Assembly (NCBI GenBank): GCA_965218795.1
Contig: OZ244653.1
Coordinates: forward strand, 5,110,046-5,174,045
Direction: 5' to 3'
Source of the DNA: a bacterium
Lineage (GTDB): Bacteria > UBA8248 > JACPRG01 > G963555815
DNA: 64,000 nucleotides
The notes under the pieces are model-generated. The model did no database searches and had not been told where the DNA came from. It was given only the letters and a program-made list of their open reading frames with translations. Position 1 is the stretch's first letter. Each line of letters opens with the position of its first letter. The translations under genes were made by a program, and so were the position numbers. Below are positions 37,292 through 47,649 of the stretch, one piece after another.

Positions 37292-38398
37292 TCAAGGGAC
37301 GACGCGGATGCGCCCCGGCTCTCCGTCTTCCAGCACCTTCCCGATCACGGCGGGCGTCGGCACACCGGCCTCCTTCATTTTTTGCACGAGCAAATCAGTC
37401 TTGGCGGCCTCGACTGCGATCAGAAGCGGACCGGACGTCTGGGCGTCGGTGAGGACGGCGTACTCCGTGTCGCCGATGCCGTTTTCCAGCTGTACGAAGC
37501 CCCCGACCCAATGACGGTTGCGTTCTCCGCCTCCTTTCGTACCGGCAATCGCGTGGGGTTCGATTCCTTCGAACTTGGGCACCGCGTCGTAGGAGATCTC
37601 TACCATCACGCCGCTCGCCTCGGCCAGGTTATGCGCATGGCCCAGCAGACCGAATCCGGTAATGTCCGTGCACGCTTCCACACCCACCTCGACCATCACC
37701 TCGCTGGCCTTCCGGTTGAGCGTCTTCATACCCACGACAGCCTCCTCGTAGACATCGTCGCGAATATTCTTGCTGCCGTTCCCGCCGGTGAAGGCGCCGA
37801 GCATCCTTCCGAACCCCGTCCGGGTCTTCCGCGTATTCGTGATGATGCCGGTGCCGATCTTCTTGGTGAGGACCAGAGCGTCTCCCGGTTTGGCCCTCTG
37901 GTTGGTGACCATCTCCCTTGGATCCACGACGCCGGTGATGGCGATTCCGTACTTGGGCTCCGGATCATCCACGCTGTGGCCGCCGATGATCACGCCCCCC
38001 GCTTCAGCCATTTTTTCCGCGCCGCCGCGGAGGATATGTCCCAAAGGTTCCAGGCCGAGGTTGCACGGGTAGGACACGAGATTGAGCCCCGTCGCCACTT
38101 TGGCACCCATGGTGAAGCAATCGCTGATAGAATTCGCCGCCGCGATCGCCCCGAAGTCATAAGGGTCGTCCACGATGGGCGTGAAGAAGTCGACGGTCTG
38201 GACGATGGCCAGGTCTTCCCGGAGTTTGTACACACCGGTATCGTCGCCGGCATTCGTCCCGAACAGGATGTTGGGATCGGTAAAGCAGGGCAGCCCTTCC
38301 AGGGCCACTCGAAGGTCCTCAGGACCGAGCTTGCTCCCTCACCCGCCGGCTTTCACGAGACTGGTCAGCAGGATTTTCTCTTCGCTGGCAGTAGGCAA
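37292..38398 (-). CDS. selD: Selenophosphate synthetase, selenoprotein form (Sec at codon 20, TGA 38339-38341)
   Basis: GGAG-TTG start, LTSLVKAGG-U-GSKL, DDTGVY, QTVDFFTPIVDDP, GGHS, TDITGFGL.GH, DAQTSG.LL. Confidence 0.93.
38303..38338 (-). other. Putative bacterial SECIS hairpin immediately after the TGA
   Basis: GGGAGCAAGCTCGGTCCTGAGGACCTTCGAGTGGCC contains a GGTCC/GGACC upper stem and a CTC/GAG lower stem. Confidence 0.55.
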
Positions 38399-39042
38399 CG
38401 AATTTTCTCCATTTCGTTGAAGGAGCCCGGCCGGAGATAATACTCAAACGGGCATCCGGGGCGGACACGATGGTAGACCTGCAAAGCCCGATATGTCTCG
38501 TCGAATCCAATCTGTTGATGGCCTCGATCCCGAGGCCGTATTCATTTTTAATATATCACGCCCCATTCGGCTTGTCTTTACCGATTTCCGCCTGGGAACG
38601 AGCAGTCGCCCGTCGGCTGAAAAAAGTTACAAAGAATGACGCAGATCATATTTTTGCTGTGGGGGCTTGAGCTATCTTCACGCATAGGGGAATAACTGTG
38701 AGGCCCCGGTAACAGCATCTTCGCGGGTGTCTCTCCCCCGACCGACTGCGGAAGCCGGGTGCCGGGCCGGGACACCCACAGCCTTCTCATTCCGCCCCCA
38801 TCGATTGACTTCCCAATCCCCGACAAATATTTTCCGATTTTTCGATCGGGCGTCGAAAGGTTCGGAACCCCATCCCGTAAAGGCCGAATCCCAGCCTATC
38901 CCTCTTGAAAACACCTGTGATATCATCAGTTTCTTGGGAATACCTTATCACCGCCAAGTGGCCTCAATGTCATTAGATGGCGATAATGGACAATTGAATT
39001 CTCTTGATTTTGTGGGACGCAAAGGTGTCTCGGAGGATTGAA

Positions 39043-41319
39043 ATGAATCAGAAGACAGCGCCCATCCAGAGGGCGGGTGATCATCGGACCGTTGGCCATC
39101 CCTTGGCGCGGTTGGACGGGTCAGAGAAGGCGCTGGGAACGGCCGCGTTTGGAGACGACGTCTCGTTGCCCGGAGAACTGATCGGCCGGGTCTTGCGAAG
39201 CCCGGTTCCGCATGCGCGGATTGCTCGAATCGACGTGGAAGCCGCGCGGAAAATTCCGGGTGTCCACGCGGTGGTGACCGGCCGGGAAATTCCCGACGCG
39301 CTTTACGGGCCGATCATCAAAGACCGCCGGGCGCTGGCGCGCAAAAAGGTTCGTCACGTGGGAGATCCCGTGGCGCTGGTGGCTGCGGAGGACGCGAATG
39401 CGGCGGATGCTGCGCTGGCCGCAATCTCCGTGGAGTACGAAGATCTTCCCGCCCTGCTTGATCCATTGAAGGCGCTGGCGGAAGAAGACATTTTGGTCCA
39501 CGAGGAGATCGCCGAGTACGAAGGCCCTTCGATTTATGAGAGAAGGGGGAATATCTGCACGGTCCGTATCGATGAGCTCGGAGACCCCGATGGGGCGTGG
39601 GAGCAGGCCGAGATTGTCATCGAAAATGAGTTCGTCACCCACGAGGTTCACGCCGCGTACATCGAGCCCCATGCCGCACTGGCCTCGGTGGACCGGGCCG
39701 GGAAGGTCACGATCTGGACGACGACCCAGGGATCCTACGGCTGCCGGGATCAGACGGCCCGGGTGATGGGACTGCCTCCGCACCGGGTTAATATCATCCC
39801 GACGGTGGTCGGTGGCGGTTTCGGAGCGAAGATGCCGGTCCTGATCGAGCCGCTGGCCGCGCTGCTCGCCAAGGCGGCCGGCCGGCCCGTGAAAATCCTC
39901 TACAGCCGGGAGGAGGATTTCGAGGGAAGCACCCCGCGCCATGCCACCATCATCCGCTCGAAGATTGGGGCCGACGGCAAGGGCAATCTGATCGTCCGCG
40001 AGGTCGAGTTTTACATGGACACCGGCGCATATGCGGAACTGGCCCCTAATATGGCCCAGACCCGCGCCCAGATGGCGGTCGGCCCGTACCGGATTCCCAA
40101 CGCCAGGACCAGCATCTATGCCGTCTATACCAACAAGCCCAGCTGCGGCATCGTGCGTGCGCCCGGCGGCCCTCAGCTCACCTTCGCTACGGAAAGCCAG
40201 ATGGATGAACTGGCCCGCCGGAGCGGTTCCGATCCATTCGAGATGAGGGAACGAAATTCCCTGCGCCGCGGAGACGAGGGTCTGGAAGGGCGCCTCAATT
40301 TCACCATCAGTCTTCCCGAGACCCTCCGCAAGACGAAAGAGGCCTCCGGCATGCCCCCCAGCGGGGATGACGGTCGGCTTTACGGCCGAGGCGTTGCAAG
40401 CAGCTTCTGGAAGGGACCCGCGGGCGCCGCCAGTTGCAGCGTTCGGCTGGAAGATGACGGTTCAGCCCATATTATCACCGGTTCCATCGACATCACGGGC
40501 TCCAGCACCTCGCTCGCCCAGGTGGTGGCGGAAGAGTTGGGCCTGGATTTGGATCGAGTCCACATCGTGACGGCGGACACCGATTCCGGATCGCTGACCC
40601 CAGGGAGCGGGGGCAGCCAGATTACACGGTCGCTGAGCACGTCCGCCCAGCAGGCTGCGTTGGCGGCGAAGCGGCAGATCCTGGAAGTGGCGGCCCAGAA
40701 GCTGGAAGCCCGGCTGGAGGACCTCGTCCTGGCCGACGGGCGTGTGACGGTGGCCTCATCCCCCGACGTCAGCATTCCACTGACGGATGTCTTGTCCGAG
40801 TCCAAAAAAGTTCGTGGACCCGTCTTCGGACACGGCGCTTCTCCCAACCTTCCCGCTGCGCCCATCTATGTGACGCAGGTCGCGGACGTTGCGGTGGACC
40901 CGGAAACGGGGGAGGTGGAGATCCTCCGGATGGTCTCGGCGCAGGACGTGGGGTTCGCCATCAATCCGATGAGCGTCGAGGGCCAGATCGAGGGGGGCGT
41001 TCTTCAGGGGGCCGGGTACGCGACGATGGAAGAAATGAAGTACGAAAACGGACGTATGCTCAATCCCGATCTCGACGGCTACATCCTGCCGACGGCCCAA
41101 GACGCCTTCGACATCGTTCCCATCATGGTGGAGGAGCCAGCCCCCGAGGGCGCTTACGGGGTCCGGGGGGTGGGTGAACCGCCCATCATCTGCACGCTGG
41201 CCGTCTTGTCCAACGCCGTGTTCGACGCCACCGGGGTGCGCGTGACTCAGCTTCCTCTGAGCCCTGAGCGGGTGCTGAAGGGTCTGCGCGAGAACGGAAA
41301 GGCGGAACGGGCTGTCTAA
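39043..41319 (+). CDS. Xanthine dehydrogenase-family molybdopterin-binding large subunit 2
   Basis: LRSPVPHARI, GGGFGAK, RAPGGPQ, VDPETG, EGQIEGG, GVRGVGEP. Confidence 0.92.
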   Translation: MNQKTAPIQRAGDHRTVGHPLARLDGSEKALGTAAFGDDVSLPGELIGRVLRSPVPHARIARIDVEAARKIPGVHAVVTGREIPDALYGPIIKDRRALARKKVRHVGDPVALVAAEDANAADAALAAISVEYEDLPALLDPLKALAEEDILVHEEIAEYEGPSIYERRGNICTVRIDELGDPDGAWEQAEIVIENEFVTHEVHAAYIEPHAALASVDRAGKVTIWTTTQGSYGCRDQTARVMGLPPHRVNIIPTVVGGGFGAKMPVLIEPLAALLAKAAGRPVKILYSREEDFEGSTPRHATIIRSKIGADGKGNLIVREVEFYMDTGAYAELAPNMAQTRAQMAVGPYRIPNARTSIYAVYTNKPSCGIVRAPGGPQLTFATESQMDELARRSGSDPFEMRERNSLRRGDEGLEGRLNFTISLPETLRKTKEASGMPPSGDDGRLYGRGVASSFWKGPAGAASCSVRLEDDGSAHIITGSIDITGSSTSLAQVVAEELGLDLDRVHIVTADTDSGSLTPGSGGSQITRSLSTSAQQAALAAKRQILEVAAQKLEARLEDLVLADGRVTVASSPDVSIPLTDVLSESKKVRGPVFGHGASPNLPAAPIYVTQVADVAVDPETGEVEILRMVSAQDVGFAINPMSVEGQIEGGVLQGAGYATMEEMKYENGRMLNPDLDGYILPTAQDAFDIVPIMVEEPAPEGAYGVRGVGEPPIICTLAVLSNAVFDATGVRVTQLPLSPERVLKGLRENGKAERAV

Positions 41320-41355
41320 CGGGCTAAACCGCTTGACCTGGAGGCTTCAGCTCGG

Positions 41356-43011
41356 ATGGCCGATACCCTGATCGAGGTGTTTGAACACAGTACGCGCGAA
41401 TATGCGGACCGAATCGTCTCCGAACGGGAAGTGGAGAGGGCCGGGCTCCGGGCGTATACCTACGGTGAGTTCGGAAGAAAAAGCCGGGGCGTCGCCGGGC
41501 AGCTTGTGGAACTCGGCATGCGGCCCGGAGACAAGGTTGGCGTCCTGTCGGACAACCGGCCGGAGTGGGGGGTCGCCTTCTTCGGCGTCCTGCTGGCCGG
41601 CGGAATCGTTGTTCCTCTGGATATTCATCTGAAGGCGGCCGAGGTCGCCAACATCCTGGCCCGCTCGAAAGCGCGCGCCTGTGTGGCGGGCCAGGAGGCG
41701 CTGGACACACTGGAGGAGGCGCGCTCATCCGCTCCGGCTCTGGAGCACGTTCTTTCGATGGATGACCCGGGTTTCGGCCCGGAACGGGAGGACGCCCCCG
41801 AGGTTCCGCCGGCCGATCCGAACGGCGTGGCCGTGATTCCATTCTCATCGGGTACGACCGGCGTCCCCAAAGGGGTCATGCTTTCGCATAAGAACCTGGT
41901 CAGCAACGTCGCCTCTGTTCTTGATCTCTGCATCTTTGGTACCGAAGCCACCCTGCTTTCCATCCTGCCGCTGCACCACGCCTTTGAGATGACGGGCGGG
42001 TTTCTGACGGCCTTCGCCAAGGGGGTCAAGGTGTTTTATCTGGACGCCATCTCGCCCAAGGCCATCTCCGCCGCCCTGGCCGAACGAGACATCACGCTTT
42101 GCCTGGTCGTCCCCGCGCTGCTGAGACTCTTCCACAAGAGCATTTTCAGCCAGGTCGAGAAGGAGTCTGCGGCGAAGCGTTTCGTCTTTCAGGTCCTATT
42201 CGGTATCAGCAAGGCCGGGCTCGGCGTGGGGTTGAAACTCGGGAAAGTTTTCTTCGGGTCGCTCCGGAAGCGATTCGGAGAGAATTTTCGATACTTCATC
42301 AGCGGCGGGGCGGCCCTGGACCCCAAGGTGCAGCGGGATATGATGGCCTTGGGTCTGGAAAGCCTGCAGGGCTACGGCCTCACGGAGACCTCGCCGGTTT
42401 CGAACGTCAACCGGCCGGAAAAGAACAAGATTGGGTCGGTCGGGCCTGCTGTCTCCGGGGTCGAGGTGAAGCTGAAGCCGATTGAGGGAGGCTCGCCCGA
42501 TGAGGGAGAGGTGTTGATACGGGGGCCGAATGTCATGATCGGCTACTACGAAAATCCGGAGGCGACCGCCGAGGTCCTTGCGGACGGGTGGTTTCACACC
42601 GGGGACATCGGCAAGCTGGACGCCGACGGTTATCTCTCCATCTGCGGCCGGTCCAAGAACGTCGTCGTCTCGGAGGGCGGCAAAAACATTTACCCGGAAG
42701 AAGTCGAGGACGAGCTGAGCAAAAGCCCCTACATCAAAGAAGTGTGCGTGCTGGGGAAGCGCTCCGCCAAAGGGGGGGAGGACGTTTACGCGGTCCTCGT
42801 GCCCAATGAGGACGTTTTCGAAGAGCGGAAGGAAACCGGGCGGGAACAGGAGATCATCGCGGCGGAGGTCAAGGAGGCCTCATCCCGCCTCGCGGATTAC
42901 AAACGCATTCAGGATTTTGCCGTCCTGGAAGAAGACCTTCCCAAGACCACCACGCTGAAGGTGAAGCGCCGGGACCTGATCAAGCTTTTGGAGGAAAAGG
43001 GGCTGTGGTAA
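41356..43011 (+). CDS. Long-chain acyl-CoA synthetase (AMP-binding)
   Basis: FSSGTTGVPKG, GYGLTET, WFHTGD, GKNIYPEE.E, PKTTTLKVKR. Confidence 0.92.
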   Translation: MADTLIEVFEHSTREYADRIVSEREVERAGLRAYTYGEFGRKSRGVAGQLVELGMRPGDKVGVLSDNRPEWGVAFFGVLLAGGIVVPLDIHLKAAEVANILARSKARACVAGQEALDTLEEARSSAPALEHVLSMDDPGFGPEREDAPEVPPADPNGVAVIPFSSGTTGVPKGVMLSHKNLVSNVASVLDLCIFGTEATLLSILPLHHAFEMTGGFLTAFAKGVKVFYLDAISPKAISAALAERDITLCLVVPALLRLFHKSIFSQVEKESAAKRFVFQVLFGISKAGLGVGLKLGKVFFGSLRKRFGENFRYFISGGAALDPKVQRDMMALGLESLQGYGLTETSPVSNVNRPEKNKIGSVGPAVSGVEVKLKPIEGGSPDEGEVLIRGPNVMIGYYENPEATAEVLADGWFHTGDIGKLDADGYLSICGRSKNVVVSEGGKNIYPEEVEDELSKSPYIKEVCVLGKRSAKGGEDVYAVLVPNEDVFEERKETGREQEIIAAEVKEASSRLADYKRIQDFAVLEEDLPKTTTLKVKRRDLIKLLEEKGLW

Positions 43012-43062
43012 AGGCGAGACAAGGCTGAAAATCGGTTCGCCCTCCCCTGGTTCGGAAATCTT

Positions 43063-43503
43063 TCATCCCTTCGCTGCCAGCGACTCGTAGCTGACGCCCT
43101 CGCCGTTGTCGTTGCTGACCGGAAGCCCCAGCTCTTCCCAGCCTTTCTCGACGGTCATCCCCATCCGGTTCTTCGCGCCGCCGAATCCCCCAACGACGTT
43201 GGCCAAATGCTGATAGCCCGCGGCAGCGAGAATTTCGGCCGCCTTCTGTGAGCGCATCCCCATTTGGCAGCCCAGGACGAGCTTGGCGTCTTTGGGAATG
43301 TTGGCCTCGACCACTTCGAGAAAATTCGGATTCTCAACCATCCCTCCCTGGGCCGGCTCGAAGTGCATGACCGGAATGTTCAAAGCGCCCTCGGGGTGGC
43401 CCTGTGCGAACTCCGGGATAGAACGAACGTCAACATAAATCTCTCCGTCCTCTCCCTGCATCCGGTCGTGCGCCTCACGGGGCGTGATTTGAGGTATCTC
43501 CAT
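43063..43503 (-). CDS. Single-domain rhodanese
   Basis: VDVRS..EF..GHP.GA.NIP, CQMGMRS. Confidence 0.9.
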   Translation of the reverse strand: MEIPQITPREAHDRMQGEDGEIYVDVRSIPEFAQGHPEGALNIPVMHFEPAQGGMVENPNFLEVVEANIPKDAKLVLGCQMGMRSQKAAEILAAAGYQHLANVVGGFGGAKNRMGMTVEKGWEELGLPVSNDNGEGVSYESLAAKG

Positions 43504-43672
43504 TCCCTTCGCTCCCCCTTTGCGGGCGAAAATCGTCCCATTTTTCAGGTTGTTCGATTCCGTGATCTCACAATGCGCGGTTGCTGGCAGCCGATTCGAT
43601 CGCCGGGTTCCATGGGTTCGCCATTATCTCACAATGCGGCTGGCGTTTGGTTGCACGGAGAAGCGATCCCGC

Positions 43673-45220
43673 TCATGATTTCTGCGGCTTGAGCTTGTGC
43701 CCGAGAGCCATCAGAAACATCACGCTCTTGCCGCGCGCATGGGGGGAGAAGAAATCCGTCACATCGTCATCGAAGAAGGTCAATCCGGTCGCGCCGAAAT
43801 TCTGGGCGTACGAGGCCAGGTACAACCTGCCGCCCAGGAGTCCCGCCTCCAACTGGGCGACCCGATAACCCCGATTGCCGAGCCTTTCCAGGACCGGATC
43901 GAGATCCAGCATGAAATAGACATTGACCGAGGCGTCGGCGGGAAGCTTCTGCCCGAGCCCCAGATAGCCGGACTGGCTGCGAAAGTCGCCCTCCTCCAAC
44001 AGCTCCAGAGATTTCCGTCCTGGATGGTAGACATACTTCCCCGCGGGGAGTCCGTCGACCGCGTGGACGATGACGTATGCGTCACTGAGCAGGCCGCCGG
44101 AAGTTTCCGCAAAATCCGCCGGAATACTTGTGACGGCGCGTTCCAGGGCGTTGGAGAGTTGTTCGAAGGTCAGAGGCTGCCGGGCGAATCGCCTCGAGGA
44201 TCCACGCCGGATGATGACGTTCGAGACGAGGTCGTCCGCCCCCGCGAGATTGTCCGAGGGTTTCAGGGGAAATGTCCTCCCCGTCGGCGTTGGGGAGAGC
44301 GGAAGATTGTCCTGCGCCCTCCATCGCGCAACCCCCTCCGGGGTGTCCAAACAGGAAGCCGAATGGATCTCTCCGATGACCGGATAATCGACCGTACATT
44401 TAGAGATGGGCACGGTCTCATAGCCGAGAGGCTCCATTTCCGGCAGGGCGGCAGAGGGCGGGGGATTCTTCTCCCGTCCCAGCGGGATCAGCGATAAGGC
44501 CGCTTCCCGTCCGGGCTCAAGGTCGAACAGCCGGTTCACGTCGTCATCCACAAATCCGCACACGAGCTTTGCTGGAACGGAATAGCCCGCCGCGGACGCC
44601 AGCAGGTTCGCCAGAAGGGTGCCGTTGTCCCACCCGCAATGCCGATAGGCCCGGGAACGATATTTCCAGGCGTTACGCCAGTATGTCGAAGCGGTTGTGA
44701 GAATGATGGGCGCGCGCAAGAGGGAGGGCTCCTCGCCGGACGCTCTGATCAAGACGGCTCGGTGGTCCCCCTTTCGAAGCCTGCGGAGAGAGAAGTCATG
44801 AGGGGAGAAATGGTAGACGCCGGCTTCGAGACCTTCCAGATCATCGCACACCACGTAAACGTCGATGTGATATAAGGCACCCGTGCAGGCGGCGGCGCGA
44901 TAGAGTATCTCTCCGCCCGGATATTTTCTCTTCTTCGTAATGCCCGCGGTGAGGAGGAGGATCCGTCCGAGGATTCCAACGTCCGGAACGGCCTCCCCGC
45001 CCGAAGCAGGCGGGCCCGCGGATATGGCCTCCAAGGCACCCAGTGTTGGCAAGGGAACGTCGGTTGGAAGAAGAATCGGGTCCAGGCCCTCATACACCTT
45101 GAACGCAAGCGGAACATTCTCCCAGTCCAGGGCGTGCGCATCCGATCGGATACTTTGGTAGGAGTGTTTTGTTGCGTTGTGATAATCCCGGGCTTTCTGA
45201 AGGTCTCGATTATCGCTCAC
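43673..45220 (-). CDS. SagB/ThcOx-family double nitroreductase-fold protein
   Basis: YH..TKH, GALY, WKY..RAYR, RRGSSRRF, GATGLTFFDD. Confidence 0.88.
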   Translation of the reverse strand: MSDNRDLQKARDYHNATKHSYQSIRSDAHALDWENVPLAFKVYEGLDPILLPTDVPLPTLGALEAISAGPPASGGEAVPDVGILGRILLLTAGITKKRKYPGGEILYRAAACTGALYHIDVYVVCDDLEGLEAGVYHFSPHDFSLRRLRKGDHRAVLIRASGEEPSLLRAPIILTTASTYWRNAWKYRSRAYRHCGWDNGTLLANLLASAAGYSVPAKLVCGFVDDDVNRLFDLEPGREAALSLIPLGREKNPPPSAALPEMEPLGYETVPISKCTVDYPVIGEIHSASCLDTPEGVARWRAQDNLPLSPTPTGRTFPLKPSDNLAGADDLVSNVIIRRGSSRRFARQPLTFEQLSNALERAVTSIPADFAETSGGLLSDAYVIVHAVDGLPAGKYVYHPGRKSLELLEEGDFRSQSGYLGLGQKLPADASVNVYFMLDLDPVLERLGNRGYRVAQLEAGLLGGRLYLASYAQNFGATGLTFFDDDVTDFFSPHARGKSVMFLMALGHKLKPQKS

Positions 45221-45248
45221 GCATCCCCCCCTTTGGCCTTATCAGAGA

Positions 45249-45569
45249 TCAGTCTGTGTCAGCGATTTCGATTTCAATATTGACTCCCTCGACACGAACG
45301 GGGTAGGACGCGACGTCCGAGGGGGTAGGCGGACTCAGCGCCTTGCCGCTGCGGACATCAAATCGCGCGCCATGCCAGGGACAAATGACCTCGTTTTCTT
45401 CCACCCCTCCCTCCGAGAGCGGGCCTCCCCGGTGCGGACACGTATCCTCGATGGCTGCGTAGCCGTCACCGATGCGGAACAGAGCGATCCGCCTGCCGCG
45501 AACCTCCACGAGTTTCCCCTCTTCCTCCGAAAGCTCATCGGTCTTTGCAACGCGGATGAATTCTCCCAT
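45249..45569 (-). CDS. Rieske 2Fe-2S ferredoxin
   Basis: CPH.GGPL.EG and CPWHG..FD. Confidence 0.93.
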   Translation of the reverse strand: MGEFIRVAKTDELSEEEGKLVEVRGRRIALFRIGDGYAAIEDTCPHRGGPLSEGGVEENEVICPWHGARFDVRSGKALSPPTPSDVASYPVRVEGVNIEIEIADTD

Positions 45570-45785
45570 AATCTTCTCCGTGAAAGGTTGGACTGATTTT
45601 TAAGGGCGGGCCGAATTCCACCGGAGGCTTCGAGCCAGCGGCCTCCCAACATTATAGGCGCTCCGCTCCCATTCCTTCCAGCCCGGCACACTGGCCCGGT
45701 TGGCTTTTTCGGGGGAGCAGGGCTTCCCAGACTTCGCGGGAGATTGACAAGTGTCTGGTCTTTTTCCCGCGGAGGGAGAAATCCT

Positions 45786-46229
45786 ATGCCGAATGTTAGC
45801 CGATTATTCGTCAAGACGAGTTTGATCTTCCTGGTTTTGACTTTCCTGTCCGGCGCAGTTCTGCACGCTTATCAATCGTTCGGGCCCCTTGATGCCCCCT
45901 GGGGATTCATCGTTGCCCATACGCACGCGGGTACGGTGGGCTGGCTGGCCCTCATGGTCATGGGTGTGGCTTATTGGATGTTTCCCCTGGATAAGGCCCG
46001 GTTTGAAGGAGGGAAAGGCAGGTATCATGAGACCCTTGCGAAAACCAACTACTGGCTGGTCACAGGCGGACTGGTTCTCCGAATCTTGATAGAACCTTTT
46101 GCCGTGCGGGGCGCGGGAGGCGTTACGGGGGCGTTGTTGGTGATCTCCGGATTTTCGCAGGCTGTCGGGGTATTGATTTTTGTCTGGGAAATATGGTCCC
46201 GCGTTCGGGGGATTGGCAAGCAGGCATAA
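45786..46229 (+). CDS. Four-TM membrane protein with H.H...VGW motif (heme-copper oxidase subunit I-like short protein)
   Basis: AHTHAGTVGW....MGVAYWMFP. Confidence 0.7.
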   Translation: MPNVSRLFVKTSLIFLVLTFLSGAVLHAYQSFGPLDAPWGFIVAHTHAGTVGWLALMVMGVAYWMFPLDKARFEGGKGRYHETLAKTNYWLVTGGLVLRILIEPFAVRGAGGVTGALLVISGFSQAVGVLIFVWEIWSRVRGIGKQA

Positions 46230-46746
46230 GAGCTCCAACCCCGGAACTTGACATCCACCAAATTCAAGCGGGATGGCTTCTCCCGGGCTCCTCCCCTTAA
46301 GAGGAGCGTTTCAGAGATTTGATGAAACGGGTTCCCGCTTACGATCGGCTCGCTCCGTAAACTCTGTTTTCAGTAGAATCTGATCCGACAGAGACGACAT
46401 TTCCTCCTTCAAAAGGCGTTGATGCCGTAGGAAGCTGATTCATAGCGGCCATTTACCTGAGGGTATTCTTTTTGCTGCGATATGTTTTCTTCACAATCTT
46501 CCCTTTTGGATTCCAGTCTGTTGTAGTATCAGGCTTTTGTGGAGGCGCTCCCTGAGCAGGTTGTCTGAGGCCAAAGCATCCCCGCGCTCTTTTGTGTTTG
46601 TTTTGATATGCAGGTGGGGGTACAATACGAAGGGATTCTCCTATGGGAAGCGATGGACAAACTCCCTGCCGAGCATGAAATTTGCATTACTTTTTAGGCT
46701 GAAATGACCAGGATCACCCGGTTTACAGAGAGATTCAAAGATCAAG

Positions 46747-47637
46747 GTGAAACCCGCGCGCCATCATGGCGCGTTTCCGCAAGGGAGGGGACAGACCATC
46801 TCCAGTCATGCCATTGATTCCCCGAATTCGACCCGGGGAGGGATAGATCCCCCATCTTCCCTTCCGGGGGCCCGTCTTATCCAGCGATTGGGAGCTGCCG
46901 GGATACTTATCCTTCGGGACATGGGCAGGATGTTCATGTTTCTCGTTGACGTCTTCCGTGGCTGTTTTTACCCCCCGTTTCGCTTCCATCTCATCATGAA
47001 GCAAATCCATTTCATTGGTGTGCGGTCCATCGCTGTCATCACGCTGACCGCCGTATTTACAGGGATGGTCATCGGTTTGCAGGGGTATTACACTCTCCGC
47101 CAGTTCGGGTCGGAAAGCCTGTTGGGATCCGCCGTTGCGCTCAGCCTTATCCGTGAGCTGGGACCGGTCTTGACGGCTTTGATGGTCACGGCGCGGGCGG
47201 GGTCCGCGATTACGGCGGAAATCGGGATTATGCAGATCACCGAGCAGATCGATGCCCTTTTTGCAATGGCCGTGAACCCGATTCGCTATCTGATTGTCCC
47301 AAAGATGTTGGCCGCGCTGGTGGCTGTTCCATTGTTGTGCGCCATTTTCGACGTGGTCGGCATTGGGGGCGGATATTTAGTCGGAGTCAAGCTCCTGGGA
47401 GTCAGTGAAGGCGCTTATTTCGGCCAGATGAAGGCCAGCGTGGTTTGGAAGGATGTTTTCAGTGGCTTTTGGAAATCAGTGAGTTTTGGGCTGTTGTTGA
47501 CCTGGATAGCGTGCTATAAAGGATATTATACGGGTCATGGTGCGGAGGGGGTCAGCCGGGCCACAACGGAATCCGTGGTGTTGGCATCCGTGACGATCCT
47601 GGTCTGGGATTACTTTATGACTTCCGTGTTGTTATAA
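46747..47637 (+). CDS. mlaE: MlaE ABC permease (start uncertain)
   Basis: RELGPVLTAL...R.GSA..AEIG.M..TEQIDAL, GAEGV..ATT..VV. Confidence 0.93.
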   Translation: MKPARHHGAFPQGRGQTISSHAIDSPNSTRGGIDPPSSLPGARLIQRLGAAGILILRDMGRMFMFLVDVFRGCFYPPFRFHLIMKQIHFIGVRSIAVITLTAVFTGMVIGLQGYYTLRQFGSESLLGSAVALSLIRELGPVLTALMVTARAGSAITAEIGIMQITEQIDALFAMAVNPIRYLIVPKMLAALVAVPLLCAIFDVVGIGGGYLVGVKLLGVSEGAYFGQMKASVVWKDVFSGFWKSVSFGLLLTWIACYKGYYTGHGAEGVSRATTESVVLASVTILVWDYFMTSVLL

Positions 47638-47649
47638 GGAGTTGAGGTT

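Noticed and set aside
43673-45220. RiPP (TOMM) cluster around the SagB-like gene
   Set aside because: No YcaO, precursor peptide or transporter is adjacent.
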